DNA of 63,008 nt, the filler included. It is 4 parts of 4 records of this genome, joined end to end, with 100 filler letters (N's around TTAATTAATTAA, not from the genome) between each part and the next. Parts side by side here need not be neighbours in the genome. Positions count along the whole stretch, not along the records: positions 1 to 27,279 come from DRR723986_10345; positions 27,380 to 35,059 come from DRR723986_10359; 2 more parts are not named here. The stretch is one strand, 5' to 3'. The position numbers and the translations under genes are program-made. Shown here one piece after another: positions 19,555-29,526 of this stretch (positions are counted from its first letter, which is position 1; each line of letters starts with the position of its first letter). The notes under the pieces are model-generated. The model searched no databases, was not told the origin of the DNA, and saw only the letters and a program-made list of their open reading frames with translations.

Positions 19555-21630
19555 ATGGAGAGCAACACGCTATTCAAACCGACCATCCTCATGGCCATGG
19601 CTCTCATGGCCGTGATCGTCATGATGATCCTTCCGATGCCCTCCTGGGTTCTGGACGTCGGTCTGGCTGCTTCCTTCGGTCTCGCCATTCTGATCTTCAC
19701 GGTAACCCTGTTCATCGAACGTCCACTCGACTTCTCGGCCTTTCCGACGATCCTCCTGACCTCCCTCATGCTGCGGTTGTCGCTCAACGTCAGCTCGACC
19801 AAGCTGATCATCGGCGAGGGTCATACGGGCACACATGCCGCCGGAGAAGTCATTCAGGGCTTTGCGAACTTCGTCATGGGGGGCAGCGTTTTCCTCGGAC
19901 TCGTGGTCTTCGGTGTTCTGATGATCGTGAACTTCGCGGTGATCACCAAGGGCTCCGCGCGCATGGCCGAGGTTTCCGCGCGGTTTGCGCTCGACGGGAT
20001 GCCGGGCAAGCAGCTTGCCATCGACGCCGATATGTCCGCCGGGGCGATCGACCATGCCGAGGCCAAGCGGCGTCGCGAGACGGAACAGCTGGAAACGACG
20101 TTTTTCGGCTCGCTGGACGGGGCGTCCAAGTTCGTCAAGGGCGACGCGGTCGCCGGCTTGCTGATCACGGTCCTGAACTTGGTCATGGGCGTCATCATGG
20201 GGACGGCGGTGCACGGGATGCCGCTGCTCAGCGCGCTCGAGACCTATGCCATCCTGACCGTCGGCGACGGTCTGGTCTCGCAGATCCCCGCGGTGATCAT
20301 CTCCATCGCGGCAGGGCTTTTGCTGGCCCGGGGCGGGGCGACCGGCTCGACCGACGTCGCCGTCACCGCGCAACTGGGCAAGCACCCCTCGGCGCTGATG
20401 GCGGTCGGCGTGTTGATGGGGTTGTTTGCGCTGGTGCCGGGGCTTCCGTTCCTGCCGTTCATGGCCGGTGCCGCCTTGCTCTGTTTTCTCGCGTGGCGGT
20501 TGTCGCAGCGCCAGCCCGAAACAGCCATGCCCGAGGGCGGCGACGAAGCCCCGCTGGAGCCTGCGCGTCAAGTCATGGGCGATGTCCTAGACCTTGACGA
20601 CATCCACGTCGAATTCGCACCGGATCTGGTGAACATGGTGCTCGACCCCGGAACCGGACTCGATGCGCGGATTGCCAACATGCGCACCCACATCGCTTCG
20701 CACTTCGGGCTCATCCTCCCCGAGATCCGCCTGACCGATGCGCCGTCGCTGCCGACCGGGACCTATGTCGTCAGGATTCACGGGGTCGAGATGGCGCGCG
20801 GCCTTCTGAACCCCGATTCCGTTCTGGCGCTGCTGCCGGAAGCCTCTTCGACGCTGCCCGGCGGTCGCGACGTGACAGAGCCCGTCTACGGCGCCCCGGC
20901 ACGCTGGATCCGGCCGGAGGATCAGGAAAAGGCGGCGATCACCGGGGCCACGATCGTCACCCCGACCGAAGTGCTTGCGACCCATCTTCTGGAGGTCATT
21001 CGCAGGAACTTCGGCCGGCTTCTGACCCTCAAGGCCCTGCGTCGGCTGCTGGATGAAATGGTGTCCCTCACAAACCAGGCCCGGGCCGAGGCAAACCGCA
21101 AACTGCTCGACGAATTGATCCCGGAGCGGGTGCAGATGGACAGCTTGCTGCAGGTCCTGCGGCTTTTGCTGGACGAACAGGTGTCGATCCGCAACCTACC
21201 GCTGATCCTTGAAACCATCGCCGAAATGCGCGGCCAGCAGAATCATCCGGAAGCGATCTGCGAGCATGTCCGCCAGCGTCTGGGGTTCCAGATGGTCGCC
21301 AACCTACGGCGCGAAGACGGCACGATTCCCCTGATCCAACTGGCGCCCGAGTGGGAAGAAACCTTCCTGTCCTACCAGATCGAAGGGAACCATGGCGCGC
21401 TTGACGTGGCGCTGCCACCCGACCGGTTCGAAGCCCTGACAAGCGGGCTGGCTTCCACCATCGGAGAGGCTGCGAACCGGGGTGTCTCGCCGGCCCTCAT
21501 CACCTCTGCGCGGCGCCGGCGCTTTCTCCGCACCGTGATGACCGCGAAGGGGCTGACCAACCCGGTCATGTCCTTCGAGGAGGTCGGGTTGGAGGCGCGC
21601 CCGGCGCTGGTGGGCGTGGTGGCGGCGTGA
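19555..21630 (+). CDS. flhA: Flagellar export protein FlhA
   Basis: RMAEVSARFALDGMPGKQLAIDAD, FFGSLDGASKFVKGDAVAG, EQVSIRNL. Confidence 0.97.
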   Translation: MESNTLFKPTILMAMALMAVIVMMILPMPSWVLDVGLAASFGLAILIFTVTLFIERPLDFSAFPTILLTSLMLRLSLNVSSTKLIIGEGHTGTHAAGEVIQGFANFVMGGSVFLGLVVFGVLMIVNFAVITKGSARMAEVSARFALDGMPGKQLAIDADMSAGAIDHAEAKRRRETEQLETTFFGSLDGASKFVKGDAVAGLLITVLNLVMGVIMGTAVHGMPLLSALETYAILTVGDGLVSQIPAVIISIAAGLLLARGGATGSTDVAVTAQLGKHPSALMAVGVLMGLFALVPGLPFLPFMAGAALLCFLAWRLSQRQPETAMPEGGDEAPLEPARQVMGDVLDLDDIHVEFAPDLVNMVLDPGTGLDARIANMRTHIASHFGLILPEIRLTDAPSLPTGTYVVRIHGVEMARGLLNPDSVLALLPEASSTLPGGRDVTEPVYGAPARWIRPEDQEKAAITGATIVTPTEVLATHLLEVIRRNFGRLLTLKALRRLLDEMVSLTNQARAEANRKLLDELIPERVQMDSLLQVLRLLLDEQVSIRNLPLILETIAEMRGQQNHPEAICEHVRQRLGFQMVANLRREDGTIPLIQLAPEWEETFLSYQIEGNHGALDVALPPDRFEALTSGLASTIGEAANRGVSPALITSARRRRFLRTVMTAKGLTNPVMSFEEVGLEARPALVGVVAA

Positions 21631-22394
21631 TCGACCTCTTGCCGCTGATCGAGCAGATCTTCGGATCGCTTTGGGGCGCGCTGATCGTCTTCCTGCGGAT
21701 CGCCGCGGCGATGGCCGTTCTTCCCGGTCTGGGCGAGCAGGTCCTTTCGGTGCGGCTGCGCCTGATCGTCTCCTTCATGCTCACCGCGGCGGTGGCCCCG
21801 GCTGTCCTGCCGTGGATCGACCTGCCGCCGCCCGGCCTTGGCCTCGTCCTGCACGCGGTGGCCACAGAAAGCATCGCAGGCCTGTTTCTGGGTCTCATGC
21901 TGCGGCTCTTCGTGCTTGCACTTCAGACGGCGGGGGCGATCGCGGCGCAATCGACCTCGCTGTCGCAACTGATGGGGTCGCAGGGGCTCGACCCCTTGCC
22001 GGCCGTCGGCCACATCCTGAACACCGCCGCGCTGGCGCTGATCATGCTGACCGGATTTCACGTCAAGGCGGCGGGCTTCCTGATCCTGTCCTACGACCTG
22101 ATCCCCGCGCTGTCCTTCCCCAGCGCCTCCGCCCTGGCCGAAGCCGGCAGCGAGCGCGTGAGCCAGAGCTTTGCGCTGGGCTTTACCCTCGCGGCGCCCT
22201 TCGTGATCCTCTCGGTGCTGTACAACCTGACGCTGGGCGTCATCAACAAGGCGATGCCTCAGCTCATGGTCGCCTTCGTGGGGGCGCCGGTGATCACCTT
22301 CGGATCCATTGCCCTCTTGATGGTGGCCGCGCCGGTCATTCTGACCGCGTGGTTGCAGGCCTTCGATGCCTTCCTCGCGGCGCCCTTCCGGTAA
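21627..22394 (+). CDS. fliR: Flagellar export protein FliR
   Basis: Hydrophobic; INKAMPQLMVAFVGAP. Confidence 0.93.
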   Translation: MIDLLPLIEQIFGSLWGALIVFLRIAAAMAVLPGLGEQVLSVRLRLIVSFMLTAAVAPAVLPWIDLPPPGLGLVLHAVATESIAGLFLGLMLRLFVLALQTAGAIAAQSTSLSQLMGSQGLDPLPAVGHILNTAALALIMLTGFHVKAAGFLILSYDLIPALSFPSASALAEAGSERVSQSFALGFTLAAPFVILSVLYNLTLGVINKAMPQLMVAFVGAPVITFGSIALLMVAAPVILTAWLQAFDAFLAAPFR

Positions 22395-22399
22395 TCGCC

Positions 22400-23494
22400 A
22401 TGGCCGGAGAAGAGGACGACGGCGCAGAAAAGAGCCACGAACCATCCCAGCGCAAGCTGGACCAGGCCCGCAAGAAAGGAGAGATCCCGCGCGTCGCCGA
22501 CCTGCAGACCGCGATGGCCTATCTGGGCCTCCTGAGTTGCGGGATTGCGCTTGGGGGGGCCAGCCTTCGCCAGTTCGCAGAGGCCCTGTTGCCCCTCATC
22601 GAACAGCCCGATCGGCTGGCGACGCTGTTCTTTCGCGACGGTGCCACGTCCGCTGCCGGGTCGCTGATCGTCGCGGGGCTGGCGCCGGCCATGCCGATCC
22701 TGCTGGTTCCCGCGGTTTTCGTCCTGCTGACGCTGCTGGCAACGCGGGGCATCGCCTTCACCGGCTCGAAGCTGGCCTTCAAGATCAGCCGGATCAACCC
22801 CATCGAGAACGCGAAAAACAAGTTCGGGCGCCGGGGGCTCTTCGAGTTCTTCAAGAGTTTCGTGAAGCTGGCGGTCTACTCGATCCTTCTGGCGGTATTC
22901 CTGCGCGGTCAACTCGACCTCATCACCGGAACCGTCCGGGCGGGGCCAGCGCAGGTGGTCCTGACCATGACCGGGCTGATGATGCGCTTTCTGTTCATCG
23001 TGGTCCTCATCGCCATGGTCATCGGGGCCATCGATGCCTTTTGGCAAAGGGCCGAGCATCATCGCAAGAACCGCATGACCCTCAAGGAGTTGCGGGACGA
23101 GATGAAAGAGGCCGAGGGCGATCCTCACCTCAAGTCGCACCGCCGGATGAGGGCGCAGGAACTGGCGCTGAATCAGATGATGAGGGATGTCCCGGGCGCC
23201 GATGTGGTGATCGTGAACCCGACGCATTACGCGGTCGCGCTGACCTGGGACAGGATGCCGGGATCCGCGCCGGTCTGCGTGGCGAAGGGCACCGACATGG
23301 TCGCCGCGCGAATCCGCGAGGTGGCGCAAGAGAACAATGTCCCGATCCACTCGGATCCGCCGACCGCCCGGGCGGTTTTCGCCACGACCGGGATCGGAGA
23401 GCAGATCTCGACCGACTATTACCGGCCCGTCGCGGCGGCGATCCGCTTTGCCGAGGCCATGCGGCGGAAGGCCCGTCAGAAAGGCTGGAGATGA
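22400..23494 (+). CDS. flhB: Flagellar export protein FlhB
   Basis: EKSHEPSQRKL..ARKKG, EAEGDPHLK, NPTHYAVAL autocleavage motif. Confidence 0.96.
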   Translation: MAGEEDDGAEKSHEPSQRKLDQARKKGEIPRVADLQTAMAYLGLLSCGIALGGASLRQFAEALLPLIEQPDRLATLFFRDGATSAAGSLIVAGLAPAMPILLVPAVFVLLTLLATRGIAFTGSKLAFKISRINPIENAKNKFGRRGLFEFFKSFVKLAVYSILLAVFLRGQLDLITGTVRAGPAQVVLTMTGLMMRFLFIVVLIAMVIGAIDAFWQRAEHHRKNRMTLKELRDEMKEAEGDPHLKSHRRMRAQELALNQMMRDVPGADVVIVNPTHYAVALTWDRMPGSAPVCVAKGTDMVAARIREVAQENNVPIHSDPPTARAVFATTGIGEQISTDYYRPVAAAIRFAEAMRRKARQKGWR

Positions 23495-23919
23495 CGCAGT
23501 ACACCCAACTCGCGGCGCTCACCGAAATGCTGCTTGAACGAGAGCTCGAGAAGTTGCGTCGGCACCGGAGGGAGATCGACGCGCTCGACCTCTCGCTTGC
23601 GCAGATGGATGGCATGCGCGAAGCGGCCATGGCCGACGCCAATACGGTTTCGGCGCGCCAGCGGATCGGGGCCGACAGCCTTTGGCAGGGCTGGCTGGTT
23701 GGAAAGCGGGCCGAGCTATTGCGCAACATGGCCCTTGCACAGGCCCGCGAGGGAGAAAGCCTCGCCCGGGCGCGAACGGCCTTTTCGCGTGCACAGGCGG
23801 CAGAGGCTCTTGTGACAGAGATGCAGTGGGCGGCCCGTGACCGCCAACTCAAGGCCGAAGCCGACCGTCTCGATGATCTGGGAACGCTGCGGCGGGCCGG
23901 TTCGGACGGCGCCGTCTGA
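23491..23919 (+). CDS. Coiled-coil hypothetical protein, possible FliJ-like
   Basis: 142 aa, helical; ATGA overlap with flhB; GGAG upstream; followed by a terminator. Confidence 0.7.
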   Translation: MTQYTQLAALTEMLLERELEKLRRHRREIDALDLSLAQMDGMREAAMADANTVSARQRIGADSLWQGWLVGKRAELLRNMALAQAREGESLARARTAFSRAQAAEALVTEMQWAARDRQLKAEADRLDDLGTLRRAGSDGAV

Positions 23920-23923
23920 CGCG

Positions 23924-23950
23924 AAAAGCCCCGGCGTGTCAGGCCGGGGC
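23924..23950. terminator. Rho-independent terminator between convergent flagellar operons
   Basis: Stem GCCCCGGC(23928-35)/GCCGGGGC(23943-50) with a 7-nt loop; the preceding AAAA gives a U-tail on the minus strand. Confidence 0.75.
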
Positions 23951-23972
23951 GTTGCAGGGCTCGGCGGCAGAG

Positions 23973-24476
23973 TCAGGCGTCCTGTCGTGCGATCTCGGTG
24001 ATGAGGACGTCGCTGACGTCGCTGCCAAGCACGGATCGTGCGGCATCCAGAAGCGCGCCGCGCAGGATCTTCATGCGGTCCCCGGTGGTGAACGGCCCCT
24101 CGAATCCGCCGATGTTGGCATGATCGAACATCACCTGAAGGAACACATCGCGGAGTTTCGGTTCGCGCGCGTAGACCATCTCTGTCGATCCGATGGAGAC
24201 TTCGATGCTGAAGGAGGCGACGACAAGGGCGCGGACCCGGTCGCTCCCCATGATCGGAACGATGAACTGGTTGTTCAGCTTTACGTATTCCCGCTGGGCC
24301 TCCGGTTGCTGAGGGTCGGGTTCCGCCACGGTCTCGGGACGGACGTCAGTGTCCGGCGGCAGGCAGTCGAAGGCCTCGGTGTGCTCTTCCTCGGCGGGCA
24401 TCAGGAAGAGACCGGCACCGACCCCGGCGCCGGTTCCGACAAGGGCAAGCAGGACGGGAAGGAGTTTCTTGATCAT
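23973..24476 (-). CDS. fliL: Flagellar basal body-associated FliL family protein
   Basis: N-terminal TM, EYVKLNNQFIVP, EPKLRDVFLQV, DVLITEIARQD. Confidence 0.85.
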   Translation of the reverse strand: MIKKLLPVLLALVGTGAGVGAGLFLMPAEEEHTEAFDCLPPDTDVRPETVAEPDPQQPEAQREYVKLNNQFIVPIMGSDRVRALVVASFSIEVSIGSTEMVYAREPKLRDVFLQVMFDHANIGGFEGPFTTGDRMKILRGALLDAARSVLGSDVSDVLITEIARQDA

Positions 24477-24485
24477 CGAGCGTCC

Positions 24486-25226
24486 TCAGAACGGCAGGAC
24501 GACATCCAGCACCTGCTGGCCGACCCTGGGTTGCTGCATGTCCGAAATCTGGCCGCGTCCGCCGTAGGAGATCCGGGCAGAGGCGATCTTGTCGTAGGTG
24601 ATCTCGTTCTGGCGCGAGATATCCTCGGGCCGGACGTAGCCGGATACGAGCAATTCGCGCATCTCGAAGTTGACGCGCACCTCTTGACTGCCCTCGATGG
24701 CCAGAACGCCGTTCGGCAGCACGTCGACCACCGTGGCGGCGACGCGCAGCGTCAGGCTTTCGCTGCGGCGAACGGACCCGTCGCCGCTGGAATCGCTCGA
24801 CGAGCCGATAGAGACCGCATTGTCGAGACTGGCGCCATCGGTGATCGTCTGGTTGATCCGTTGCGGGATGCCGAAAAGCTGCGGGATCTCAAGGCTTTCC
24901 GAACCAGAGCGGGATCGCGAACTGCTGTTGGATATCTGGGCCTCTTCGTCGATCTCGACGACGATGGTCATGATATCCCCGCGCTTCATCGCGCGCCGAT
25001 CCCCCAGTAGCGAAGTCTGACCGCCGCTCCAGAGCGAGGCGCGGTCGGTCACCCGCGCTGGTGTCACCTGATCCGCGATGCCAGAGGCGATCATGGCGAC
25101 CCTCTCCGGGCTGCTGGTGGTGGGCGTGAAATCCGGCGGCTTCCCGATATGGTTGACGCGGCTGCATCCGGTCACCGCCAGTGACAGACCGATCAGGCAA
25201 AGAATTCGAAACATGGGTGTCCTCAC
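24486..25226 (-). CDS. flgH: Flagellar L-ring lipoprotein FlgH
   Basis: Lipobox VTGC, LLGDRRAMKRGDIMT, VLPNGVL.IEGSQEVRVN, ARISYGGRG. Confidence 0.96.
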   Translation of the reverse strand: MRTPMFRILCLIGLSLAVTGCSRVNHIGKPPDFTPTTSSPERVAMIASGIADQVTPARVTDRASLWSGGQTSLLGDRRAMKRGDIMTIVVEIDEEAQISNSSSRSRSGSESLEIPQLFGIPQRINQTITDGASLDNAVSIGSSSDSSGDGSVRRSESLTLRVAATVVDVLPNGVLAIEGSQEVRVNFEMRELLVSGYVRPEDISRQNEITYDKIASARISYGGRGQISDMQQPRVGQQVLDVVLPF

Positions 25227-25639
25227 TTCTGCACCAGAACGGTTCCGTCCGGCGCAATGGTCCCGAACAGCGTGGTGCGGGAGTCGATGTTCATGACGCG
25301 GATTCGCTCTCCGGCGGCGCCCCGCCCCAAGGCGCGACCCTCGGCCTTTATGCGCAGCCCGCCATGGGCGTAGACCAGTTCGACCACCTGATTGCGGTCG
25401 ATCAGGGCGGGGACGCCCAGCGCGCCCCGCATCACCACGCGTCCGGGATAGATCGCCACCCGAGCCTCCAGCCCGATGACCTCGTCGAGGCTGGTGTAGG
25501 CGCCCTCGATTTGTGCCGGGTCCAGCCGGACGAGATCGGCGGTGATGATCTGCTGCGGCCGGATCGTCTGGGTGGTCACGACCGTCTCTGCCCCGGTGGC
25601 GGAGGCCAGCAGAAGAAGGAGTCCGGCCAGCCGCATCAT
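25223..25639 (-). CDS. flgA: P-ring assembly chaperone FlgA
   Basis: SAF-like domain; EGRALGRGAAGERIRVMN; lies between flgG and flgH. Confidence 0.9.
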   Translation of the reverse strand: MMRLAGLLLLLASATGAETVVTTQTIRPQQIITADLVRLDPAQIEGAYTSLDEVIGLEARVAIYPGRVVMRGALGVPALIDRNQVVELVYAHGGLRIKAEGRALGRGAAGERIRVMNIDSRTTLFGTIAPDGTVLVQK

Positions 25640-26421
25640 CGCACCTGCGCCGTGGCGCCCAGCATCTGGTCGGCGGCGGAGATCACCTTGGAGTTCAGCT
25701 CGTATCCGCGCTGCGCCTCGATCAGGTCGGTGATCTCCTTGACCGCATCGACGGAGCTTTCCTCGAGATAGCCCTGCCTGACGGTCCCAAGACCGTCCTG
25801 CCCGGGTGTCGACTGGATCGCGGGGCCAGAGGCTTCGGTTTCCAGGAAGAGGTTGGCGCCGATCGCTTCCAGCCCCTTGGCGTTCGTGAAGCCGGTCATG
25901 GTGAACTGCCCCAGCAATTGCGCCGCCGTCGAGTCGGAGAAATAGGCGTAGACCTCCCCCTCGGAGTTCACCGAAATCCGTCTGGCGTCCGCCGGGATGG
26001 TGATGTCCGGGGCCACGGGAAAGCCTTCGGAGGTGACGATCAACCCGTCGCCATTGCGCTTCAGGGCCCCGTCGCGGGTATAGGCGGTCTGGCCTGAGGG
26101 CAGCGTCACTTCGAGGTAACCGTTCCCCTCGATGGCAAGGTCGAGATCGCCGCCGGTGTTTGCGAGAGAGCCCTGTGCCAGCTGCACCGACACGGCAGAG
26201 GGCCGCACGCCAAGGCCAAGCTGGATGCCGGTGGGCAGAACGGTGCCGTCCGAGGCGTTCACCGTCCCGGCCCGCGCCATCTGCTGGTAGTGCAGGTCGG
26301 CGAATTCGGCCCGGCGGGCGTTGTAGCCCGTGGTGCTCATGTTCGAAAGGTTGTGCGAGATCACTTCGACCCGCATCTGCTGGGCGCTCATGCCCGTTGC
26401 GGCGATCTGAAGGGCTTTCAT
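25636..26421 (-). CDS. flgG: Flagellar distal rod protein FlgG
   Basis: ALQIAATGMSAQQ, EFADLHYQ, YTRDG, LIEAQRGYELNSKVI. Confidence 0.97.
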   Translation of the reverse strand: MKALQIAATGMSAQQMRVEVISHNLSNMSTTGYNARRAEFADLHYQQMARAGTVNASDGTVLPTGIQLGLGVRPSAVSVQLAQGSLANTGGDLDLAIEGNGYLEVTLPSGQTAYTRDGALKRNGDGLIVTSEGFPVAPDITIPADARRISVNSEGEVYAYFSDSTAAQLLGQFTMTGFTNAKGLEAIGANLFLETEASGPAIQSTPGQDGLGTVRQGYLEESSVDAVKEITDLIEAQRGYELNSKVISAADQMLGATAQVR

Positions 26422-26431
26422 CAAACTGCTC

Positions 26432-27145
26432 CTATTTCACGAATGCCTTTAGGGCATCTCTGATCCGTTCGTCTTCACGCTCCATGAAGCTTTGTCCCAG
26501 CTCGTAGGCGCGCTGCACCTCGACCATGCGGGCGACCTGCAGGATCGGATCGACGTTCGACGCCTCGACGAAACCTTGCATGACGCGCGGGTTCTCCACC
26601 GGCTCTATCCCGGCCCGCGAGTCGAAGAGCGTTCCGCCCTCGCGCACCATCTGCAGCGGGTCCGTCGGGCGCACGACGCCCACCTGACCGACGGGCCGTC
26701 CGTCCGCGCTGATCGTGCCGTCCCGGCCTATCGCCATCTCCTCGGCATTGGCGGGCAGGAAGATCGGCGCGCCGCCGCCATCCAGCACGGGGTATCCATC
26801 GGGCGTCACCAAGGTCCCGTCGCCGGCCGGAGAAAAGGCACCGGCGCGGGTCAGGCGCTGGCCACCGGGGGCCTGCACGAGAAAGAACCCCTCTCCCTCG
26901 ATCGCCACGTCGAAGACGCTTCCGGTCTGTTCCAGTGTGCCCTGAACCCAAGAGGTGTTGCGGACGCGGGCAGCGGACATGGCTACGGCGGGCATCCCGT
27001 CGCCTTCCTGCACGTACTCGGAAAAGATCACGCCCTGCTGCCGGTATCCGGTGGTGTTGGCGTTGGCGATGTTGTTGGCGATGATCTGCATTTCGCGCAT
27101 CAGGCCCGATTGGCGGGACAGGGCGGTATAGCCGGCGGTTTCCAT
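26432..27145 (-). CDS. flgF: Flagellar rod protein FlgF
   Basis: IANNIANANTTGYR, LTRAGAF, QGFVEASNVD, VQRAYE. Confidence 0.93.
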   Translation of the reverse strand: METAGYTALSRQSGLMREMQIIANNIANANTTGYRQQGVIFSEYVQEGDGMPAVAMSAARVRNTSWVQGTLEQTGSVFDVAIEGEGFFLVQAPGGQRLTRAGAFSPAGDGTLVTPDGYPVLDGGGAPIFLPANAEEMAIGRDGTISADGRPVGQVGVVRPTDPLQMVREGGTLFDSRAGIEPVENPRVMQGFVEASNVDPILQVARMVEVQRAYELGQSFMEREDERIRDALKAFVK

Positions 27146-27146
27146 G

Positions 27147-27279
27147 TCAGCCTCCGGTGATGATGGGGATGATGTGCCCCTGAAAGAACTCGACGAGCGT
27201 GTTGGTCATGAAGCTCATCGACATCCAGAACACGGCAACGATGGCCAGAAGTTTCGGCACGAAGGTCAGCGTCATTTCC
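27147..27279 (-). CDS. fliQ: Flagellar export protein FliQ (C-terminal part; truncated by the contig end)
   Basis: Manual translation EMTLTFVPKLLAIVAVFWMSMSFM...IITGG*; EMTLTFVPK is the FliQ signature. Confidence 0.92.
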
Positions 27280-27379
27280 NNNNNNNNNNNNNNNNNNNNN
27301 NNNNNNNNNNNNNNNNNNNNNNNTTAATTAATTAANNNNNNNNNNNNNNNNNNNNNNNNNNNNNNNNNNNNNNNNNNNN
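27280..27379. other. Artificial contig-joining linker
   Basis: N-run + TTAATTAATTAA (stops in all six frames) + N-run, 100 nt. Confidence 0.98.
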
Positions 27380-28031
27380 GCGCCAGCGCGTCGCCATGGG
27401 CCGCGCCATTGTCCGCGACCCCAAGGTGTTCCTGTTCGATGAGCCGCTTTCGAACCTCGACGCCAAGCTTCGGGTTCAGATGCGCTCTGAAATCAAGGAG
27501 CTGCACCAGCGGCTGAAGACCACGACGATCTACGTCACCCACGACCAGATCGAAGCCATGACTATGGCCGACAAAATCGTCGTGATGCGCGGCGGCCATG
27601 TCGAGCAGATCGGCAGCCCACTTGAGCTTTACGACAACCCCGCCAGCGTCTTCGTCGCCGGGTTCATCGGCTCGCCGGCGATGAATTTCCTCCCCGCCCA
27701 TGCCAATGGCACGACGCTGGCACTTGAGGATGGCAAGTTGCTGGGCGAGGCTCCCGCTCCTGTCGGCGATGGTCGGAAGGTCATCGCCGGGTTCCGCCCT
27801 GAGGATATCCGCCTGTCAGACACGGGCATTCCGGCCAAGCTTGCGCTGATCGAACCGACCGGGGCGGAAACACAGCTTGTCCTGCGCATCGGCGAGGCGT
27901 CGATTATCATGACCACCCGCGAACGTGTCACACAGGCTCCTGGGGACCTTGTCCATTTCACCATCACCCCCGGCAAGCTGCATGCTTTCGATGCTGATAC
28001 CGAACTGACGCTGGCAGGGGCCCGGCAATGA
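27380..28031 (+). CDS. Carbohydrate ABC transporter ATPase, MalK/UgpC type (5' truncated)
   Basis: RQRVAMGRAIVRDPKVFLFDEPLSNLDAKLR, YVTHDQIEAM, TOBE-like C-terminus. Confidence 0.93.
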
Positions 28032-29191
28032 AGATCACAGACGTCCGCGTGATCCGCTTTCGCACCCATGCAGATCGATGGGATATTCGGCGTGCGGGCC
28101 TGATCCCACAGGCCGAAGTCCACCAGACCATCACTTGCATCGACACCGATGAGGGGCTCTCGGGCTATTTCCTCGGCGGTGGCAAGCATGGTGACCAGGA
28201 CGGGATGACGCCGGATGAACAACGGCTGATCGAGGGCCAGGTGCGCGACATGATCCTGGGTGCCGATCCGCTGGACCGCGAGCTGATCTGGAAGTGGATG
28301 TGGGTGCGCAATATCCCCGAAGTGGCGCAAAGCGTGATCGACTGCGCGCTCTGGGATCTCGCTGGGCGGCATGCCGGCGTACCGGTTTACAAACTGTTGG
28401 GCGGCGCGCGCGACAAGGTGCCGGCTTATGCGTCCACTTATCCCAATATCGGCCAGCCGAACGTTTATGCCGAGCATGCGCTGGCCTGTCAGGCCGTGGG
28501 CTACAAGGCCTACAAGATCCATCCGCACTACTTCTGGAATCCCGACACCGGCTTGCCGACCAATGGCCGCCCTTCGAACATCCGCGCCGATATCGAGACC
28601 ATCAATTTGGTACGCGAGGCCGTCGGCCCCGACATGGTGCTGATGTACGACGTCTGGGGCACCTACCACACCATAGAAGAGACCATCAAAGTCGGCCGCG
28701 AGTTGGAGAAGCTGGACTTCTACTGGTTCGAACACCCGATGCCGGAGTATCGCGTCGAGAGCTACCGCCGCCTCTGCCGCGAACTGACGATCCCGATCCT
28801 TGCGCCCGAGATCGCCGCCGGCGGCGTCTTCACCCGCGCCGAGTGGATCCTTCAGGGCGCATCGGACATGAGCCGCATGGACATCCGCCGTGGCGGCGTC
28901 ACCGGATGCCGCAAGACCGCCGTGGTCTGCGAGGCCTTCGGCCAGCGCTGCGAGATCCACATGGCGGGCTGGGGCAATCTTCAGGTCATGGGCGCCACGT
29001 CCGAAGACACCTCCGAATGGTACGAAAGGGGCCTGCTGGCGCCGGGCGTCGACTACGATGCGCAGCACCCCTACCTTCGACGCAATTGCGACCCGATGGA
29101 CAGCGAGGGCTACGTTCACCTGCCGCAGGCCCCCGGCCTCGGATACGAGATCATCTGGGACCACATCAACGACAACAGGATCGCGGCATGA
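28028..29191 (+). CDS. Mandelate racemase/acid-sugar dehydratase subgroup enolase-superfamily enzyme
   Basis: IDCALWDLAG...PVYKLLGG, KAYKIH, metal ligands in LMYD / WFEHP / APE, CEIH. Confidence 0.9.
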   Translation: MKITDVRVIRFRTHADRWDIRRAGLIPQAEVHQTITCIDTDEGLSGYFLGGGKHGDQDGMTPDEQRLIEGQVRDMILGADPLDRELIWKWMWVRNIPEVAQSVIDCALWDLAGRHAGVPVYKLLGGARDKVPAYASTYPNIGQPNVYAEHALACQAVGYKAYKIHPHYFWNPDTGLPTNGRPSNIRADIETINLVREAVGPDMVLMYDVWGTYHTIEETIKVGRELEKLDFYWFEHPMPEYRVESYRRLCRELTIPILAPEIAAGGVFTRAEWILQGASDMSRMDIRRGGVTGCRKTAVVCEAFGQRCEIHMAGWGNLQVMGATSEDTSEWYERGLLAPGVDYDAQHPYLRRNCDPMDSEGYVHLPQAPGLGYEIIWDHINDNRIAA

Positions 29192-29526
29192 CGCTTTATC
29201 GCCGCGCGTGGACAATGCAACTGCGCAATGGGGCCGAGAACGCCTATGACGCCGCCCATGCCGCGATCTGGCCCGAGATGCGTGAACAGATGCGCTCCAG
29301 TGGGATCGTGCGGTTCTTTCTTTACCGCTCGGGGCGGACCGTGTTCGCGTTTCAGGAACGCGACCGCCCCTTTGTCGGCACCAAGGCCCCGCCCAGCGAG
29401 ACGACCGCCCGCTGGTGGCGGGAGATGGCGCCGCTGATGGAAACCGAAGGCGCCGATCACCAACCTGTTCACCGCGAATTGCGCGAGGTCTTCGCGCTCG
29501 ATACCACAAGGGAGGCGGACACATGA
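29188..29526 (+). CDS. L-rhamnose mutarotase family protein
   Basis: YDAAHAAIWPEM, RWWREMAPLM, LREVF; ATGA overlaps on both sides. Confidence 0.85.
   Translation: MTLYRRAWTMQLRNGAENAYDAAHAAIWPEMREQMRSSGIVRFFLYRSGRTVFAFQERDRPFVGTKAPPSETTARWWREMAPLMETEGADHQPVHRELREVFALDTTREADT

Noticed and set aside
21671-23494. Apparent 607-aa extended FlhB or FliR-FlhB fusion
   Set aside because: The upstream extension is an off-frame overlap of fliR; fliR has its own stop at 22394 and FlhB homology starts at ATG 22400
27324-27335. TTAATTAATTAA repeated three times in the window, superficially a repeat element or CtrA-like motif
   Set aside because: Embedded in N-runs of fixed length; an artificial six-frame stop linker
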